Positions 7,805 to 15,689 of a DNA stretch of 25,016 bases are shown here, in pieces. The translations under genes and the position numbers were made by a program. The stretch's first letter is position 1; each line of letters starts with the position of its first letter. Where the stretch lies: positions 1 through 25,016 of the IMG/VR virus record IMGVR_UViG_2675903352_000013; one strand, written 5' to 3'. The notes under the pieces are model-generated. The model saw only the letters and a program-made list of their open reading frames with translations. It searched no databases and was not told where the DNA came from. The stretch is from a virus. Its lineage: Duplodnaviria; Heunggongvirae; Uroviricota; Caudoviricetes.

Positions 7805-8264
7805 TTACCACCCCACCAGCTTCTTTAAATCGGGCAATCAGGTCACCGATTCTATGTTCATACTGACCGTAACCAGCGCCCGGCAACGAAGCCCAGATAT
7901 TGCTGCAACGGTCGATTGCCTGACGAATATCGCCGCGGTCAATCATCGGTAATGCGCCACGCTCTTTAATCTGCTGCAGCGCTACAGCATCCTGACTTTC
8001 TGGAGAAAAATCTTTCAGGCCAAGTTGCTTGCGGTAGGCATCCCACCAGCGTGAAAGAAGCTGGTAACGTCCGGCGGCTGTTGATTTGAGTTTCGGATTT
8101 AGCGTGACAAGTTTGCGGGGGTGATCGGAGTAATCAGTGAACAGTTCGCCACCGACAATAACATCATAACCGTGATTTCTGGTTTTCTACCGTCCGTTAT
8201 CCGTTCCTTCTGACCATGCCACCATATCAAGGAAAGCTTTACGCTGGGAATTCAGTGTCTGCAT
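7788..8264 (-). pseudogene. Lambda R-like endolysin (lytic transglycosylase) with an in-frame premature amber codon
   Basis: Minus-strand translation from ATG 8264..8262 reads MQTLNSQRKAFLDMVAWSEGTDNGR, then TAG (plus-strand cta at 8187..8189), then continues in the same frame KTRNHGYDVIVGGELFTDYSDHP...KEAGGVVNEAEI to TAA at 7790..7788. Total 159 codons; closely resembles lambda R as recalled, which has Gln at this position. Confidence 0.75.
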
Positions 8265-8267
8265 TAA

Positions 8268-8627
8268 TTACTCCTTATGGGCACCAAACTTGTTACCGAT
8301 GACCCTCATTGCCGCACCACGAATAGCATCAACACCAATCAGCCCCACCCCACCACCAATGGCAACAGAAAGTGATTTAGGCCATCCGACATACTCAAGC
8401 GCGGATGCAAAAGTCAACGTCAGAGCACCACAGAGCAAAATCTCAAGCGTTTTTCGTTTCCAGCCCCCACCACCGCCAAAATAGGCGATGCGCAAACCAG
8501 CCATAACGATCGACATAATCACTGCACCCAGCGGTGTATCTCCACGCCACCAGCTCTGAAACAACTCCAGCCAGTCCGGCCAGGTATTTGGGTTATGAGG
8601 CATTTCATCATCTCTCACCTCGCACAT
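8268..8627 (-). CDS. Holin (possible dual-start holin/antiholin)
   Basis: 119-aa ORF, ATG at 8627..8625, directly upstream of the endolysin. Two Met codons (M1 and M9) ahead of hydrophobic segments; Gly-rich membrane segments. Confidence 0.55.
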   Translation of the reverse strand: MCEVRDDEMPHNPNTWPDWLELFQSWWRGDTPLGAVIMSIVMAGLRIAYFGGGGGWKRKTLEILLCGALTLTFASALEYVGWPKSLSVAIGGGVGLIGVDAIRGAAMRVIGNKFGAHKE

Positions 8628-8650
8628 ATCGCGGGTGCAAATTGAGGGAA

Positions 8651-8680
8651 TAAAAAATCCCCGAATATTCCGGGAGCGGA
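8651..8680 (-). terminator. Rho-independent terminator-like hairpin (third of three between Q and the lysis genes)
   Basis: Minus-strand CCCGGAATATTCGGGG hairpin followed by ATTTTTTATT. Confidence 0.4.
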
Positions 8681-8723
8681 AACGGGGAAAGGCGTTGCAC
8701 TAAATGGGCCTGTCTGCGGCCTT

Positions 8724-8750
8724 AAATAAAAAACCCCGGCAAATGCCGAG
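8724..8750 (-). terminator. Rho-independent terminator-like hairpin (second of three)
   Basis: Minus-strand CCTCGGCATTTGCCGGGG stem followed by TTTTTTATTT. Confidence 0.45.
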
Positions 8751-8971
8751 GTCAGTTAATCGTTGCCGCTGTTAGTGCCGCGGTGCACTATCTCTTTATC
8801 AGGCTACTTACGCGTTAAACCGGGTGCCAACCGTAACTCAGTGATGCTTTACGCTTCCTCTCCTTCACTACGTCGCCATGGGAGCCCGACCAGATTAACG
8901 CTGTCGTCACGTTGCCAAAATATGGCATCCAATGAATTCTTTTTATTTAGCTATTTCATTTTTCTATCCGT

Positions 8972-9003
8972 CAGAAACAACAAAACCCGCTCGGTGGCGG
9001 GTT
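8972..9003 (-). terminator. Rho-independent terminator-like hairpin, candidate tR' downstream of a putative Q-dependent late promoter
   Basis: Minus-strand AACCCGC-caccga-GCGGGTT stem followed by TTGTTGTTT. A promoter-like TTGCAT-17-TTCAAT lies on the minus strand around 9050..9090. Confidence 0.45.
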
Positions 9004-9100
9004 CTATTAAAGTTCAATTGCACTTGGTTCGCCTCGCGATACAGCTTTGCGAAGCGTAGCTGAATTGAATCAGTTTATTGGCAAAAATGCAATAACTTTT

Positions 9101-9643
9101 TTATTGGCTTTCTCCGCATAACGCTAATTTCATTGGTATATACAGAATGTGCTCAGCAACACTCAACCATGCGTCAATGCGATTTCTGCAAGTTTTCAAG
9201 CTCCAGCCAGGGCGATACTCATTTAACTGTTGTGCCATTTTCAGCTTACTCATCCCCCGTCCCTCATACCGTTGTCGAAGGACGCTAATCAATCCCGGAT
9301 GTTCTGTCAGCACCTCACTTATAACCCGATCAATACATAACGCCTCTGCATCAGTACAATGCGCCAGCCAGCTCTTTTGCTTCCCGTTGATCATCTCACG
9401 TAAAAATGCTTCCAGCTCCGGCTTCTCTATTCCCGCTTTTTTCATCCTGCGCAGGGCTTCATTGACGGCTGTTTTCGTCAATTTTTTGGATGCCAGCAAC
9501 TGGTTAAACATATTTCCCATCTTACCGCCGCCAATATACGACCAGCGCCCCCACATGCGCAGTTTTCCCTGAATCCAGACACTTTCCAGCGTGGTGAGAC
9601 GAAGGTGTTCCCCGCTTTTGCCTGTATTTGTTGGGTAAATCAT
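9101..9643 (-). CDS. Putative late-gene antiterminator (Q-like), by position
   Basis: 180-aa ORF, ATG at 9643..9641 with strong SD AAGGAAGG; ATGA overlap with the upstream gene's stop. It is the last gene before the terminator cluster and lysis cassette. No sequence-level family match recalled. Confidence 0.4.
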   Translation of the reverse strand: MIYPTNTGKSGEHLRLTTLESVWIQGKLRMWGRWSYIGGGKMGNMFNQLLASKKLTKTAVNEALRRMKKAGIEKPELEAFLREMINGKQKSWLAHCTDAEALCIDRVISEVLTEHPGLISVLRQRYEGRGMSKLKMAQQLNEYRPGWSLKTCRNRIDAWLSVAEHILYIPMKLALCGESQ

Positions 9644-9894
9644 AAATAACCTTCCTTTCTCCAGATTTCTTGTGTGCGAAAAACACCTTCTGCATGCATC
9701 AGGCGCAATTCTTCTTTGGTGTAATCACTGGTTTTTACCCGCCCGTCGATTAAATCGTGGCACGAGCTACAGGCAATCGCTGCCTGCATATCGTGTGGCT
9801 TTATCGCTGTTCCGCACGTTCCCGCCAGTCGGTAATGCGCCGCACGGATGTTTCGGGATTGTGATTGCAGTAGCCAGGAATTCTGACTGTACAC
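9640..9894 (-). CDS. YbcO-like (DUF1364) protein, GTG start
   Basis: Motif CGTAIKPHDMQAAIACSSCHDLIDGR...EGVFRTQEIWRKEGYL resembles the YbcO family as recalled. Track start is GTG; an in-frame stop lies 18 nt upstream, so the N-terminus appears shorter than I recall for the family. Confidence 0.5.
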   Translation of the reverse strand: MYSQNSWLLQSQSRNIRAAHYRLAGTCGTAIKPHDMQAAIACSSCHDLIDGRVKTSDYTKEELRLMHAEGVFRTQEIWRKEGYL

Positions 9895-9928
9895 ATCTGA
9901 CCTTTTGCCGCTTTACGTAAATCCACCA

Positions 9929-10528
9929 TTACGCAAACTCCAGCAGCTGCGCGGCCACATTTTCGACTTCCTCCAGAGAGGAGAATTTACGGAACAGGAT
10001 CCAGTTCCACAGGACGTTAAGTACGGCTTTATAAACCTGTTGAAATTCAGTTTCGTCCATATTCGCAAAAGCAATGGACTTCGCCCGACGCCCGCGGCTA
10101 CCGTCTGGATAAAAATGCTCGGTGTAGAAGCCGGCCTGAATGGTCACCCACTCGCGGAAAGCGTCAAATGATTTGAGCAATGCCATATCCTGGGTTCTGC
10201 GTGTCGCAACGGTATTCAGATATTGTTCCGCGGCATCACTCAGAGCTGGCGTATGTTCCCTGCCTACTGATTCACACAGGTAATCAACGAAGCCGAACAC
10301 CATTTCTCGTTCGCGAGGTGTGATCGCCCCACCGCTCGGAGTCCAGTAATCGAATCCAAGTTGCAGAAGTTTGAAAAAACGCTTGTGAAATGCATAGTTA
10401 CGCACACGCTTAAAATCAGCATGTATCCACTCGCCTATTTTGATTTGATGCAGAAAATCGCAACTCTCCGGTGTCGCCGGGAGCAGTAAGCCGGAAGATG
10501 TTTGTTTAACCAGTTGTATATGCGCCAT
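9929..10528 (-). CDS. Hypothetical phage protein (nin-region)
   Basis: 199-aa ORF, ATG at 10528..10526 with SD GGAGAA. No family recognised. Confidence 0.5.
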   Translation of the reverse strand: MAHIQLVKQTSSGLLLPATPESCDFLHQIKIGEWIHADFKRVRNYAFHKRFFKLLQLGFDYWTPSGGAITPREREMVFGFVDYLCESVGREHTPALSDAAEQYLNTVATRRTQDMALLKSFDAFREWVTIQAGFYTEHFYPDGSRGRRAKSIAFANMDETEFQQVYKAVLNVLWNWILFRKFSSLEEVENVAAQLLEFA

Positions 10529-10599
10529 CGTAGTTCTCCGCTGGCGCAGTAGAATGGGTGTTCAGCCCGTTGTGTAGTATACCAGAATCAATGCCAATA

Positions 10600-10812
10600 C
10601 TAACAGGATGCCCTGACTCGCAACTCATCTGGCAATTTATCATTTCCCATAATATCACTATTCCTCATCGGTAAAAAAATTGCCTTGCGACCATTCCGAT
10701 ACATCATTGCTTTTTGTGTATCAGGGAAATAATCCATTTCAACAATAACTGACAGATCATCACAACGTATGACTGCAAATTTAGCGCCAAAAGATTTCTG
10801 TGATTTTTTCAC
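10600..10812 (-). CDS. Small hypothetical protein, GTG start
   Basis: 70-aa ORF; GTG start preceded by GGAGG at a 5-nt spacer. Adjacent to an AT-rich tract. Confidence 0.4.
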   Translation of the reverse strand: MKKSQKSFGAKFAVIRCDDLSVIVEMDYFPDTQKAMMYRNGRKAIFLPMRNSDIMGNDKLPDELRVRASC

Positions 10813-10996
10813 GATGCCTCCAAGTCTCTAAGGAAAGAGGTTTATATCTACCTGGAGGCAAAAATATATATACACAGAATATTTATTTCATGTTGTATAT
10901 TTGATTATTTAATGTGCAGGTGCAATGACTTTTATTTATTGCCGCGCATATAATCAAATATGTGATCATCTTTCATCCTTCGTATTCGACAGACAA

Positions 10997-11022
10997 TAAA
11001 AAACCCGCCGAAGCGGGTTAGG
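10997..11022 (-). terminator. Rho-independent terminator at the 3' end of the hok transcript
   Basis: Minus-strand AACCCGC-ttcg-GCGGGTT followed by a T-run; a second perfect hairpin GGCGAGGGA-gaaa-TCCCTCGCC lies at about 11058..11081. Confidence 0.5.
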
Positions 11023-11087
11023 TGCGGGTGCGTTGAGGATGCCTGACACATCAGAGGTGGCGAGGGATTTCTCCCTCGCCAGGTCTC

Positions 11088-11243
11088 TTACTCCTCAGGT
11101 TCGTAAGCTGTGAAGACAGCGACCTCCGTCTGGCCGGTTCGGATTCGTACCTCGCAGAGGTCTTTCCTCGTTACCAGTGCCGTCACTATGACGGTTAAAC
11201 AGATGACGATCAGGGCGATTAACATCGCCTTTTGCTGCTTCAT
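11088..11243 (-). CDS. hokD: Hok/Gef-family type I toxin (HokD/RelF-like)
   Basis: 51-aa product from the internal ATG at 11243..11241: MKQQKAMLIALIVICLTVIVTALVTRKDLCEVRIRTGQTEVAVFTAYEPEE, matching the Hok/Gef pattern and HokD as recalled. The track ORF extends in frame upstream to 11360. Confidence 0.85.
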   Translation of the reverse strand: MKQQKAMLIALIVICLTVIVTALVTRKDLCEVRIRTGQTEVAVFTAYEPEE

Positions 11244-11319
11244 AGCCTGCTTCTCCTGTGTAAGTTCACAGAGATATTGCTCGCCTGGATACTGTTTCTT
11301 ATCGGTTATAGTGGTCATA

Positions 11320-11748
11320 TCACTCTCCTTTTCCCTTAAGCATTGCAGCGCGACAGGCATTCCAGCCCTTCACATAACCTACCATCATCAACTGGTCATT
11401 CATGGCGGGCAGCATTGTGCGGGACGTACTGATTTCCTCCGGCACTACCGGAACTGACGGCACAGACAGTAAAGCCTTGGCCATACACATTGCTTCCAGT
11501 CCTGTAGCCTCAGCTATACCGTCACGAATAAGTTCAAGCCCCTCTTTTGTTAACAGTTTCATTCTTTTATACATGACTGGCACCACCGGCTCTGCTTCCA
11601 GTGATGCCAGCGCGACTTTAAATGCGGTAAGTACGTTTTTAACCACATCGATTTTGAATACTATTTCATCACATACAAACGATTTATCGTCTACTACCGT
11701 TTCAATTCCGGTAATCGTGTTTTGTAGCCATTTGGTTAATTCAGTCAT
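11320..11748 (-). CDS. Hypothetical protein
   Basis: 142-aa ORF, ATG at 11748..11746 with SD AAGGG. No family recognised; its 3' end overlaps the in-frame region upstream of hokD. Confidence 0.5.
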   Translation of the reverse strand: MTELTKWLQNTITGIETVVDDKSFVCDEIVFKIDVVKNVLTAFKVALASLEAEPVVPVMYKRMKLLTKEGLELIRDGIAEATGLEAMCMAKALLSVPSVPVVPEEISTSRTMLPAMNDQLMMVGYVKGWNACRAAMLKGKGE

Positions 11749-11878
11749 TTTTCATTACCGCCCTTTCAGGCGGTCTCCTGATATTCTGAGGGTGCAGAAA
11801 TCCCTCCGGTTAAGGATTTAATAAAAATCACTTCTGATTTAAATTTTCAGTATTTTGTTGTCAGGTGGTTTATCGTCT

Positions 11879-12070
11879 TTATCTTTCAGCCTTATTTCTC
11901 AGCCATACACAAACAGGGCCATCTTCGGTGTCATATATCGAACCAATAAACCATCCATCGCCCTCTGGTCGTTCCGGTTCCCATGCAGAAATATCAGCAT
12001 CACAAGCATCAAAGTCAGCACATCCTTCGTCTCTGAAGCAGAGGACGTATTGAAGATTATTTTCCTCCAT
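11879..12070 (-). CDS. Small acidic hypothetical protein
   Basis: 63-aa ORF with ATG start. Preferred over the overlapping 86-aa GTG-start ORF on composition, but weak. Confidence 0.35.
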   Translation of the reverse strand: MEENNLQYVLCFRDEGCADFDACDADISAWEPERPEGDGWFIGSIYDTEDGPVCVWLRNKAER

Positions 12071-12176
12071 CCAGGCGTTAAACTCTTCCGTTGAAATATA
12101 TTCCCGACCATCACAGAATTTTTCATATTCAGGATGCGTCCAGCAGCCATATTCATCACGTACTACTGGTATTTCT

Positions 12177-12368
12177 CTAATTTATTTCATTTCTGTTCTC
12201 CCACGTTTTCAGACTTTCACCACAGAACGGGCAAAAACACATTGCAACACCACGACCGATATATTGCCCAGAGTGAATTTGAGCAATATCTATGCCTGAC
12301 TCGCCGGTGTTTATGTTCACACGTTCCGGGATAAATATGCCTTTACTCTTGTAATGTTGGATTTCCAT
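12177..12368 (-). CDS. Small hypothetical protein with C-terminal CxxC
   Basis: 63-aa ORF with ATG at 12368..12366; weak RBS. Confidence 0.3.
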   Translation of the reverse strand: MEIQHYKSKGIFIPERVNINTGESGIDIAQIHSGQYIGRGVAMCFCPFCGESLKTWENRNEIN

Positions 12369-12437
12369 ATTCGAGAGATTTTGCCAAAGCCGCGCACGGT
12401 TCTATCTTGTTGCCATTAACCTGACATTTTGATGCGT

Positions 12438-12854
12438 TCACAGTACCACCTCCTGAAAATTTCCCCTCCAGAAAGCCAGCACGCGCTGCATAGCTTCGCT
12501 CTGACGGCACTCGCGACAAATTATGTTCTGTCGCCTGTTGTAACGGCGTATTTCACCATCCGGCAATGAATAAATCAGGTCGGGGTCGCTCTTCTTTTTC
12601 GCTGTACCTTTCGACATTTTTTTGCAGGCCTTTATCCAGTCCTTACGCGCCTGCTCCGAAGGAAATATCCCATGCCCCGAGCCATATACTGCACCACTGA
12701 CCACCAGCTCTTTCGCCAGAACTTCTATCAGGTGTCTGGTAGCTCCGGTTTCATCTTCCAGTTGCTTACGCGTTTTCCTTCCGTCTCTGCGTACCAGTTC
12801 CACAATACGCGCCTTCAGTTGTTCCCTGTATTCAGGTGTAAAAACGTTTCCCAT
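12438..12854 (-). CDS. Hypothetical protein
   Basis: Track ORF starts at TTG 12911; the internal ATG at 12854..12852 is preceded by GAGG at a 6-nt spacer and gives a 138-aa product. Confidence 0.45.
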   Translation of the reverse strand: MGNVFTPEYREQLKARIVELVRRDGRKTRKQLEDETGATRHLIEVLAKELVVSGAVYGSGHGIFPSEQARKDWIKACKKMSKGTAKKKSDPDLIYSLPDGEIRRYNRRQNIICRECRQSEAMQRVLAFWRGNFQEVVL

Positions 12855-12861
12855 AAACGCC

Positions 12862-13377
12862 TCACTTTTCCGATACAACGCGACTGGTGGAATCGACAAT
12901 CTGTCGGACAATATCCCGGTGTTTATTCAGCTCCCGCAGTGCTGCGCAGACGCGCTCCCACTTCTGGACACGGTTTTTTGCCCGGCGCAATTCGCGGTTT
13001 GCCAGATGCAGCGATGGCAAAATCAGGTCATCGGCTTGTGTTTCGGTGAACGATGGCAGCGACTGCACAATGTCCGCCACAGTTCCTGTTTTAATTTCTT
13101 CCGGTATTGCAGCTTCCGGCGCTGGTAACGCAACACCAGATGGCTGAGGAAAGGCTTTACCACCATTTCCCGTTACCGATGCGGCTTTCGGCTCTGCTGG
13201 TAAATTATCGTCCGGCATGCAGTAACGAAATTTACCGTTCTGATTTACACGAATCAGACGCCCTTTGCTGATTGCCTGAGCCAGCGTTGAAGCCACTTTG
13301 CGTGATGTGGTACCGAACAACGTAGCCAGTTCATCCGCCGTTTGTGGTCCGCGTTGTTCAATCGTCGCGGTTAAAAT
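12862..13377 (-). pseudogene. Downstream part of a tandem winged-helix protein gene; open frame lacks an ATG and appears frameshifted from the upstream ORF
   Basis: Frame is open from the TAG at about 13377 and encodes a wH-like segment [31 protein letters not shown] before the track's TTG start at 13320. No ATG is available upstream in this frame. Confidence 0.4.
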
Positions 13378-13624
13378 CGCACTCTGAGATTTTCGCTACT
13401 GTTGCTGTGGTGGTTTCTTCCGGCAGTTCTGCCTGCATTGGCTGTTCCTGCTGAACGTTGTTATCAGCCACACGCCAGGTGTACGCGCTTTTATCAACAA
13501 AACCAGCATTTTTCAGTTCCCATAGTTCGTTAAGCACTTCTTCACGACTGATATCAAGTCGCGCCGCAAGTTCTATGGATGTGGCTTTTCCCATTGCTTT
13601 CAGTGCGTCAAAAACAGTCTCCAT
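13358..13624 (-). CDS. Winged-helix DNA-binding protein, N-terminal part of a possibly split gene
   Basis: ATG at 13624..13622 with SD GGGAGA; sequence [43 protein letters not shown]. Stop TGA at 13358 lies about 20 nt from where the downstream frame opens. Confidence 0.5.
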   Translation of the reverse strand: METVFDALKAMGKATSIELAARLDISREEVLNELWELKNAGFVDKSAYTWRVADNNVQQEQPMQAELPEETTTATVAKISECDFNRDD

Positions 13625-13646
13625 TAAATTTTTCTCCCGGTAAAAA

Positions 13647-14393
13647 TCACTTCGTGATTCCTGGCTGGACGACATTCGGGCGCCAGCTTTCCCAGTTAAA
13701 ATTCACCCAGCGTCCGCCGTTCATGGTCATGCGATCCATAATCCGCTCACCGAGCAATGTTTTCATGGCCTCATAGTTCAGGTTTGTCAGCATTCCCACG
13801 CTACGCATCGACGCTGTCCGTCGATCAATAATCTGGTGCAGTACCACCTGCTCGTTTTTCGTCTCACGCTGAATGCCAATTTCATCAAGAACCAGCAGAT
13901 CCACTTCGCACAGTTCCCGCAAAAATTTTTCGCCTGACTGCCCGTCGTCATAGCTGGCGTGCAGGGCACTCATAACATCAGCCACAGTAACCACTATCAC
14001 TGTCTGGCCGTCTTTCAGCAGGCGATTTCCGATAGCCGCCGCCAGATGGTTTTTCCCGGTACCAGGTTTTCCACTGAACGCGAAATTTGTACACCCGGTC
14101 ATCAGTTCATCGGCGATGGATTTTGCCTGGCTTAACGCGTATCGCTGACCGTCGTTCTGCACCTGGTAATTCGCAAACGAGCATTTGCGGTGCAACGGCT
14201 GGATGCCAGAGCGATTCAGGATTTTTTCAACCCGCAACTGACGATTCAGGCGGTTGATCTCCTCGCAACGTTTCTGGCCTTCAGCAAGTTGCCACTCGCG
14301 CCACTCCGCAACCGTTCTGAATGGGGCGGTTACATGTGGTGGGGTCAGTCTGCGGATACGTTCCAAGACGCCTCCTGTCGCAATATTTTTCAT
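13647..14393 (-). CDS. ydaV: DnaC-like helicase loader / replication protein (YdaV-like)
   Basis: 248-aa ORF with ATG at 14393..14391; Walker [16 protein letters not shown] and IstB/DnaC-like organisation; length matches Rac YdaV as recalled. Confidence 0.8.
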   Translation of the reverse strand: MKNIATGGVLERIRRLTPPHVTAPFRTVAEWREWQLAEGQKRCEEINRLNRQLRVEKILNRSGIQPLHRKCSFANYQVQNDGQRYALSQAKSIADELMTGCTNFAFSGKPGTGKNHLAAAIGNRLLKDGQTVIVVTVADVMSALHASYDDGQSGEKFLRELCEVDLLVLDEIGIQRETKNEQVVLHQIIDRRTASMRSVGMLTNLNYEAMKTLLGERIMDRMTMNGGRWVNFNWESWRPNVVQPGITK

Positions 14394-14399
14394 GGTTCG

Positions 14400-15266
14400 T
14401 TACCCCCTGAAGCCTGGCGGGATCGCACTGTCCGGCAACGAGACGGTGTTAACCTGCCGAGGCAACGTCTCCGGTCGAACGCCTTTCGGCGCGAACAAGC
14501 CCTGGTATTCGTTGGCGATGCTGTGTCGAATCACCTGCTCAGGGGTAAAACCCTGCTGGCGGAATTTTTCCAGTTCCCGTATCGCCCCGTTAGCGCCCTG
14601 CTCCGTTCGAATCGGTTTTCGCAATGCCTGCCTGAACCGGACCCACTCATGCCAGAGTGTTTCCGGCAACCAATCGGGCAACTCAATAGCCTCCGGCTCG
14701 AATTTTTTAGATGCTCGTTTTTGGCGAGGGGGATTTAGGGGGAGATCAGTATTTATATCTTCCTCTTCCTCTTCCTCTGGTAACGCTTTTTGATCCGTTT
14801 GTGTAACGCTGGCAGCGTTACCTTTTCGTTTCAGTTCGCGTATTTTTGTAACCCTCTCGTTTGTAATCGCCCGTTTTTTAGAGCTTTTTCCGTTATGACG
14901 TTCAAAGTTAGGTAGAGAAAGCCCACCGTTATTTTCGACCAGCCATCCAACCTGAATTAACGCATCAGCAAAACCAGCCATAAAAGTGATGCGATCTATT
15001 GCACTTTTTGTAACGCTGCGAGCGTTACACTCTGCGTTACCGTCTATCATTTGTTGATCCGCCCATGCCCAGAAGCGAATGACTTTCCCTAATGCGGCAT
15101 CTGGATCAATATTCAGAATCTCAGCAAGCCTGAATATTTCCGGCTTATCCGGCGTAATAACCTCGAGCTTTATCCAGTTTGAAGCCATATTGTTTTCACC
15201 TTGTAACGCTGTAAGCGTTACATTTAACTGATACCGAACAAAACAGTCCGGCACGATTAATTTCAA
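14400..15266 (-). CDS. ydaU: Replication initiation protein (YdaU-like); start uncertain
   Basis: 288-aa track ORF starting at TTG 15266, abutting the ydaT stop. Alternative ATG at 15188..15186 with SD AAGGTG gives 262 aa. Acidic Glu-run linker; contains three palindromic repeats. Confidence 0.6.
   Translation of the reverse strand: MKLIVPDCFVRYQLNVTLTALQGENNMASNWIKLEVITPDKPEIFRLAEILNIDPDAALGKVIRFWAWADQQMIDGNAECNARSVTKSAIDRITFMAGFADALIQVGWLVENNGGLSLPNFERHNGKSSKKRAITNERVTKIRELKRKGNAASVTQTDQKALPEEEEEEDINTDLPLNPPRQKRASKKFEPEAIELPDWLPETLWHEWVRFRQALRKPIRTEQGANGAIRELEKFRQQGFTPEQVIRHSIANEYQGLFAPKGVRPETLPRQVNTVSLPDSAIPPGFRG
14803..14821. repeat. 19-bp perfect palindrome GTAACGCT-N3-AGCGTTAC, copy 1 (candidate iteron/origin site)
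   Basis: gtaacgct ggc agcgttac; an additional half-site GTAACGCT at 14780..14787. Confidence 0.7.
15010..15028. repeat. 19-bp perfect palindrome GTAACGCT-N3-AGCGTTAC, copy 2
   Basis: gtaacgct gcg agcgttac; extra half-site-like tgcgttac at 15033..15040. Confidence 0.7.
15203..15221. repeat. 19-bp perfect palindrome GTAACGCT-N3-AGCGTTAC, copy 3
   Basis: gtaacgct gta agcgttac; lies between the TTG and ATG candidate starts of ydaU. Confidence 0.7.
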
Positions 15267-15689
15267 TCAATGCACTACGACAGAGTCGCCGGGCGACCCG
15301 CCGCCGCTGAAATGTGCTTTACGATAAACGGCCTGGACTGCATCATCATGCGCATCAATTGCCGTACTCAACGCTTCCTGCGCCGCCAGTAATGCACGGC
15401 GTTCCAGGGTATCGAAGATGCAGAGTCGGTGACGCAGCTCGCGCGGAAGAATTGCCAGAACCGCAGGGATCAGTTTCTGAATTTTTTCCCTTTGGGCTTT
15501 CGTTTCACCTTTCAACCAACGGTGATAGATATTCTGCTGATTGTTCCAGTCCTTGCCAGGCACCAGGGGCAATTCGCCGCCCCCCTGGCGCAGATATTCT
15601 TCAGTAATTGCATTGGCAACCCATGCCTGCCCTTTTTCAGATGCCATGGCCAACAACACTGATTCGATATGCTCATGCCTGATTTTCAT
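15267..15689 (-). CDS. ydaT: YdaT-like protein (putative toxin of the Rac YdaS/YdaT pair)
   Basis: 140-aa ORF, ATG at 15689..15687 overlapping the ydaS stop (ATGA). Sequence MKIRHEHIESVL...QAWVANAITEEYLRQGGGELPLVPGKDWNNQQNIYHRWLKGETK closely matches Rac YdaT as recalled. Confidence 0.75.
   Translation of the reverse strand: MKIRHEHIESVLLAMASEKGQAWVANAITEEYLRQGGGELPLVPGKDWNNQQNIYHRWLKGETKAQREKIQKLIPAVLAILPRELRHRLCIFDTLERRALLAAQEALSTAIDAHDDAVQAVYRKAHFSGGGSPGDSVVVH

Noticed and set aside
8763-9059. 98-aa plus-strand ORF in the Q-to-holin intergenic region, and a search for tRNA genes there
   Set aside because: The ORF has no RBS and overlaps the terminator hairpins; no tRNA-like T-arm or acceptor-stem pattern was seen by eye, though this was not scanned computationally.
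11899-12159. 86-aa minus-strand ORF overlapping the 63-aa acidic ORF
   Set aside because: GTG start and implausible composition; the overlapping ATG-start 63-aa ORF is the more protein-like of the two.
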